Assembly: GCA_963845755.1 (NCBI GenBank)
Contig: CAWJTV010000020.1
Span: 722,742 to 786,741, forward strand
Origin: an uncultured Planctomycetota bacterium
GTDB taxonomy: Bacteria > Planctomycetota > Planctomycetia > Isosphaerales > Isosphaeraceae
Length of the DNA: 64,000 bases
Direction of reading: 5' to 3'
The translations under genes were made by a program, and so were the position numbers. Position 1 is the first letter of the stretch; each line of letters starts with the position of its first letter. Of this stretch, positions 59,849 to 64,000 are shown piece after piece. Under the pieces are notes generated by a model. That model saw only the letters and a list, made by a program, of their open reading frames with translations, made no database searches and was not told the DNA's origin.

Positions 59849-60401
59849 ATCAGCAAGGTGGCGTGGGACCGGGCCGGCTATTGCTCTTCGGTTCCATCGC
59901 GTTGGGCGGTGTGATCTTCGATCTGGCGACCAAGTCGATGGTCTTCGCACGAATCGGCCCACCTGGCTCTCCATCGGTCCCCTTGATCCCGCGGATCCTG
60001 GAGTTGCACACGAGTCAGAATACCGGTGCTCTCTGGGGCTGGGGCGCGGCGATCCCCTACAGTAGCTTGATTTTCGCGGGGCTCTCGGTTATCGCGGCGA
60101 TCATCATCTGCTACTGGCTGTTCTTCCTCGCGCGGCCTCGAGCCGGGTATTGACCGTTGCGCTGGCCTTGATCATGGCCGGCGCGCTGGGCAATTGCTAC
60201 GATCGACTGGTCTTCGGCCATGTCCGCGACTTCGTGCACTTCCACGTTGATGCCATCGGATTCGACTGCGCGATCTTCAACTTCGCCGATAATATGCTCG
60301 TGGCCGGTGCCCTGACGCTCGTCTTCTACGCGATGCGGCCGGAAGAGCATCCGCCGATGCAGGAGGTCGCCCAGGTGGCGCCGGATTCCGCGCTGGAGTG
60401 A
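59845..60401 (+). CDS. lspA: lipoprotein signal peptidase II (indel near 60135)
   Basis: DLATK, NTGALWG, GALGNCYDR, VRDF and FNFAD motifs. Confidence 0.9.
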
Positions 60402-60479
60402 CGGACGTTCTCGATCGGACCGGACCGCCTCTCCCAATGTCCCTCCCATCAGATCCGCGGGTCGCCAACCACCCTTCGC

Positions 60480-61892
60480 TCACACGTCATAATACAGTGC
60501 GAACTCATAGGGGTGGGGACGGATTCGTGTCGTCTCGACCTCGTGCGTCTGCTTATACCAGATCCAGGTATCGATGACGTCGGGCGTGAAGACATCGCCG
60601 CGGAGAAGGAACTCGTGGTCGGCCCGTAGGGCTTCGAGCGAGGCTTCGAGCGAGCGCGGGGTGGCCGGCACGTTATCGAGTTCTTCGGGCTGGAGGTCGT
60701 AGATATCCTTGTCGAGCGGCTCGCCGGGCCGGATCTTGTTCTGGATTCCGTCGAGAATCGCCATGAGCATGGCGGAGAACAGCAGATAAGGATTAGCGGC
60801 GGAGTCGGGCCCTCGAAACTCGATCCGACGGCTCGTAGGACTGGGCCCGCCGAGCGGGACGCGGATGATCGCGGCGCGATTGCGACGGCTGTAAGAGATC
60901 TTGGTCGGTGCCTCGAACCCGGGCACCAGGCGTTTGTAGCTGTTGGTGGTGGGGTTAGCGAAGGCACAGAGTGCCTTGGCATGCCGGATCAGGCCGCCGA
61001 TAGCGTGAAGGCCCAAGTCGCTGAGACCAGCATAACCCTGGCCCGCCAGCAGTGGCTGGCCATCCTTCCAGAGCGTCAGATGCGTGTGCATCCCGGAGCC
61101 GTTGTCGCCGAAGAGGGGTTTGGGCATGAAGGTCGCGGTCCGACCGGCGCGACGGGCAACGTTGCGGATGATGTACCGAGCCAGCATCACCTGATCGGCG
61201 CTGCTGACCAGCGGATAGGGTAGCAGGTCAATCTCGCACTGGCCGCCGGTGGCGACCTCGTGGAAATGGGCCGCCGTGCCAATGCCACATTCCCCCATGC
61301 GCTGGGCCATCTCGGAGCGGAGATCCACCAAGCTGTCCGTCGGCGGACATGGGAAGTAGCCGAGCCCCGAGCCCGGCTTGTAACCCAGGTTCGGCGACTC
61401 CGTACGGCCTCGGTTCCACGCACCCTCTACCGAATCGATGTGATAAAAAGCCTCGTGTCCCCGCTGCTCGAATCGCACGTCATCGAAAACAAAGAACTCC
61501 AGTTCAGGGGCAAGCTTGCAATCATCGGCCAGGCCGGTGTTGCGCATGTAACTCGTGGCCTTACGCGCGATATTTCGCGGGTCGCGGGTGTAGTCCTGGT
61601 GCGTGATCGGATCATGGATGTTGGAGATCATCGTCAGGGTCGGTTGCGAAGGAAACGGGTCGATCACGGCGGTCTCAGGCTGCGGGACGACCAGCAAGTC
61701 CGCCTCGTTGATCGCGCGCCAGCCCATGACGCTGGAGCCATCGAACGGCACACCTTCCTCGAACGTGTCTTCGGTCAGGGCGTCGGCCGGGATCGAGAAA
61801 TGCTGCCAGACACCGGGAAAGTCCATGTAACGCAAGTCGACCGTGGTGACCTCGCGCTGACGGATCTGGGCCAGGACTTCTTTGGGAGTCAA
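60480..61892 (-). CDS. glnA: glutamine synthetase type I
   Basis: FDGSS, HEVA.GGQCE, FMPKPLFGDNGSGMH and NSYKRLVPGFEAP motifs. Confidence 0.96.
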   Translation of the reverse strand: MTPKEVLAQIRQREVTTVDLRYMDFPGVWQHFSIPADALTEDTFEEGVPFDGSSVMGWRAINEADLLVVPQPETAVIDPFPSQPTLTMISNIHDPITHQDYTRDPRNIARKATSYMRNTGLADDCKLAPELEFFVFDDVRFEQRGHEAFYHIDSVEGAWNRGRTESPNLGYKPGSGLGYFPCPPTDSLVDLRSEMAQRMGECGIGTAAHFHEVATGGQCEIDLLPYPLVSSADQVMLARYIIRNVARRAGRTATFMPKPLFGDNGSGMHTHLTLWKDGQPLLAGQGYAGLSDLGLHAIGGLIRHAKALCAFANPTTNSYKRLVPGFEAPTKISYSRRNRAAIIRVPLGGPSPTSRRIEFRGPDSAANPYLLFSAMLMAILDGIQNKIRPGEPLDKDIYDLQPEELDNVPATPRSLEASLEALRADHEFLLRGDVFTPDVIDTWIWYKQTHEVETTRIRPHPYEFALYYDV

Positions 61893-62148
61893 AGGGACCG
61901 TCTCCTCATGCCAGTGGCGCGTTTGCGAACGCCTGAACGAATCCTCGGCGAATCGACGACACGCCGAATTCGAAGCGTGATCGCCATTATCGGGAGGTGC
62001 GCCCGACGACGGAAGCCCTTACGCAGCCGAAGTCGGGCCGCCCACGTCCATTCGGGTCGAGGCGCGGGGTTTCGGATTATTGGCCGAGGCTCTCCGGCGT
62101 CGACCCACTCGGGCCTCGATCAGCACGACGAGCGGTGACACCCACGGA

Positions 62149-62542
62149 TCATCGAAGTGCCTTGACGATCTTGCGAAGGGCCAGAATCTCCGCCTTCGAG
62201 TAGACTTCCACCCAGTTTCGGCTGAGTTTGTAACCCTTGAGCACGTCGGCCAGCGCCGAGTCATCCAGCTCGAGCAGATCGCGGGCCTCGCCGCGGCGTG
62301 GCCCAGCCCGTCATCGGCTCGGCCTTGATCGGAACCTCGACCTTTCGTCCAATTCTGACCCGAGTGTTGTCGGGCTCGGCTCCAAGGTCAGTAAGGGCTC
62401 TCGAAGCGTGAGACTTCCGGTCCACTCTGGGCATCGGGGATTCCTCGGCCTCGAGTCCGGGGAGCTGACGCTTGAGATGGCTCGTGAGCCCGGTCGTGAA
62501 TACGACGCGCGGCGACTCTCGGCGGGTTTTCCTGCTACTCAT
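62149..62542 (-). CDS. hypothetical protein (probable indel near 62295)
   Basis: MSSRKT..GWATP continues as EARDLLELDD..ILALRKIVKALR in another frame. Confidence 0.4.
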
Positions 62543-62791
62543 GGATCGTGACCCTCTCGGGAAGACACAGAACAGCACCGAAACCCAGGCGCACTATCGG
62601 CGCTGGACGTTCCAGGGACGGTTCCGCTTCCACGAGCTAGCAGGATGGGCCTCTCATGGGAGCAAAAATAAAGTGCGTTACGAACAAATCAAGAGACGGG
62701 ACACGATGCGACATTGTCGGTCATGTGAACGTTCGGACCTCCAAACCAGGAACGTGCGCGGTCGCAGTTCTCCCGTCGGAGCGTCGGAGGC

Positions 62792-64000
62792 GGTGTGCGT
62801 CACATTAGTTGGTGGTACAGGCGATCAGTTGTGCGAGAAATCGCGGCTCCAGAAGGCTTCCCATTGGCCTTTTTCGCTGCGGTAGAGCGCGCGGAGGTGG
62901 CAAACGGCATTGGCTCCGTCCTCGCCCCAACGCATGCCGGCCAACTTCAGTCGTTGGCCCACGACCGTTTTGCACGCGCGCTCGACCCGCGCCACTGCCG
63001 ATGCACCAGCCGTGGGCCAAGTATTCGGGGTACTCCATCCGATGCGCGTTCCGCTGGAGGTAACCGACCAGTTCGTTGACGGCCTCGCTCAGGCCCACCC
63101 GGCGCGGCCAGCTCCCTTCCGCAGGACCGCCGCCAGAACCGCGCCCCCTTCCTCCTTCAGGAGATGACACCATTGCCGCGCTTGATCCTCGGATTGGTCC
63201 TCGTCCTGAGGGTAAAGCAGCCGTGCCAGTCCGGTGAGCTTCTCCGCGGGGTGAAAGAAGTCAAGGATGATCACTTCCACTCGCGGGAAGTTCTCCCGCA
63301 GCCGGTCCTCCAGCCCATTGCCGCCGTCGGAGAGCCCGATCCAACGATCGGCCCGATCCATGCCGACGTGCCCGGCCGGCGTGCGGAGCAGCGGACCGAA
63401 GTCTTCCAAGGAGTACATCCCCGAGAGGTAACGCGCCTGCATCGGCAACGGCTTCTCGTCCGGCCACGGCCATTCGGGACTGGGGTTGCAGACCATCCCC
63501 ACGTAGGCCATCCGGCCCTCGGCGGCGCCGCCGGCCTGGCCTTGCTGCCGGACGCCAGTGGCGTCGAGTTCGACGTAGGCACATCGGCGGCCGTCGTAGT
63601 CCTTGTGCCAGGGCCAATCCCCCTTGGGACCCAGCGCCACACCGGCCTGCACGACGTCCGCTAGCCGTTGACCCGCGCCTTCGGTGGTTCGTTCGACCGT
63701 GGATTCCCCGAGCCGAACGCCGGCCATCTCTTCGAGCAGTTCGCCCCCCTTCTCGAAACTGTCGGCGACCGTCCCGGCCAAGGTCGTGACCCGCTCCAAA
63801 GCGGGTGTCAGCTTCCGTGCCGTCAAGCCCGCCGCCTCATCGAACGGGAAGCTCCCCTGGCCACAGCACCGGCAGAGATAATAGGCGCTGGTAGGGGACA
63901 GGACCGACAAGGCTCAGAGGGGTAGGGGCGCGGTGCGAGTGGAATTCGGCGGTAATCCCACAGTGGGGGCAGGTCACACTGGAGCCTGTGGTATCCGTTT
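62792..64000 (-). mobile_element. ISKra4-family transposase, runs off the window edge
   Basis: ELDATG, LSDGGNG, ILDFFH, RMEYPEY..GW.IGSG motifs; indels present. Confidence 0.88.

Overview
GC-rich bacterial DNA. The gene content (DUF1501, HEAT-repeat, WD40/caspase-like and DUF1670 proteins) suggests a planctomycete, which is an inference. Single-base frameshifts in conserved genes (lspA, clpV, ABC permease) point to uncorrected long-read indels, so most frameshifts are not called pseudogenes. About a third of the window is nested mobile DNA: two IS630s, an IS256/mutator-like IS, an IS66 carrying a serine-recombinase element, IS1-like, IS4-like, IS21, two ISKra4s and a DUF1670 element. The best candidate novel system is at about 21.0-28.8 kb and becomes visible only after removing three IS insertions in silico. 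It comprises a TROVE/Ro60-like vWA protein, circularly permuted tRNA-mimic RNAs (YrlA/Y-RNA-like) closed by a covarying repeated stem, a 75-aa ubiquitin-like protein ending in Gly, a protein with an E2-like GICL cysteine motif and a ThiF/E1 enzyme. The second candidate is a ~2 kb two-gene DUF1670 mobile element with 20-bp inverted ends and no conventional target duplication; removing it restores a HEAT-repeat reading frame. The rest includes a low-GC island (repeat/EP-tract protein plus an SdpAB/HTTM-like pair), an orphan ClpV, topB, tRNA-Val, xylA, pfpI, a dksA-family gene, lspA and glnA.
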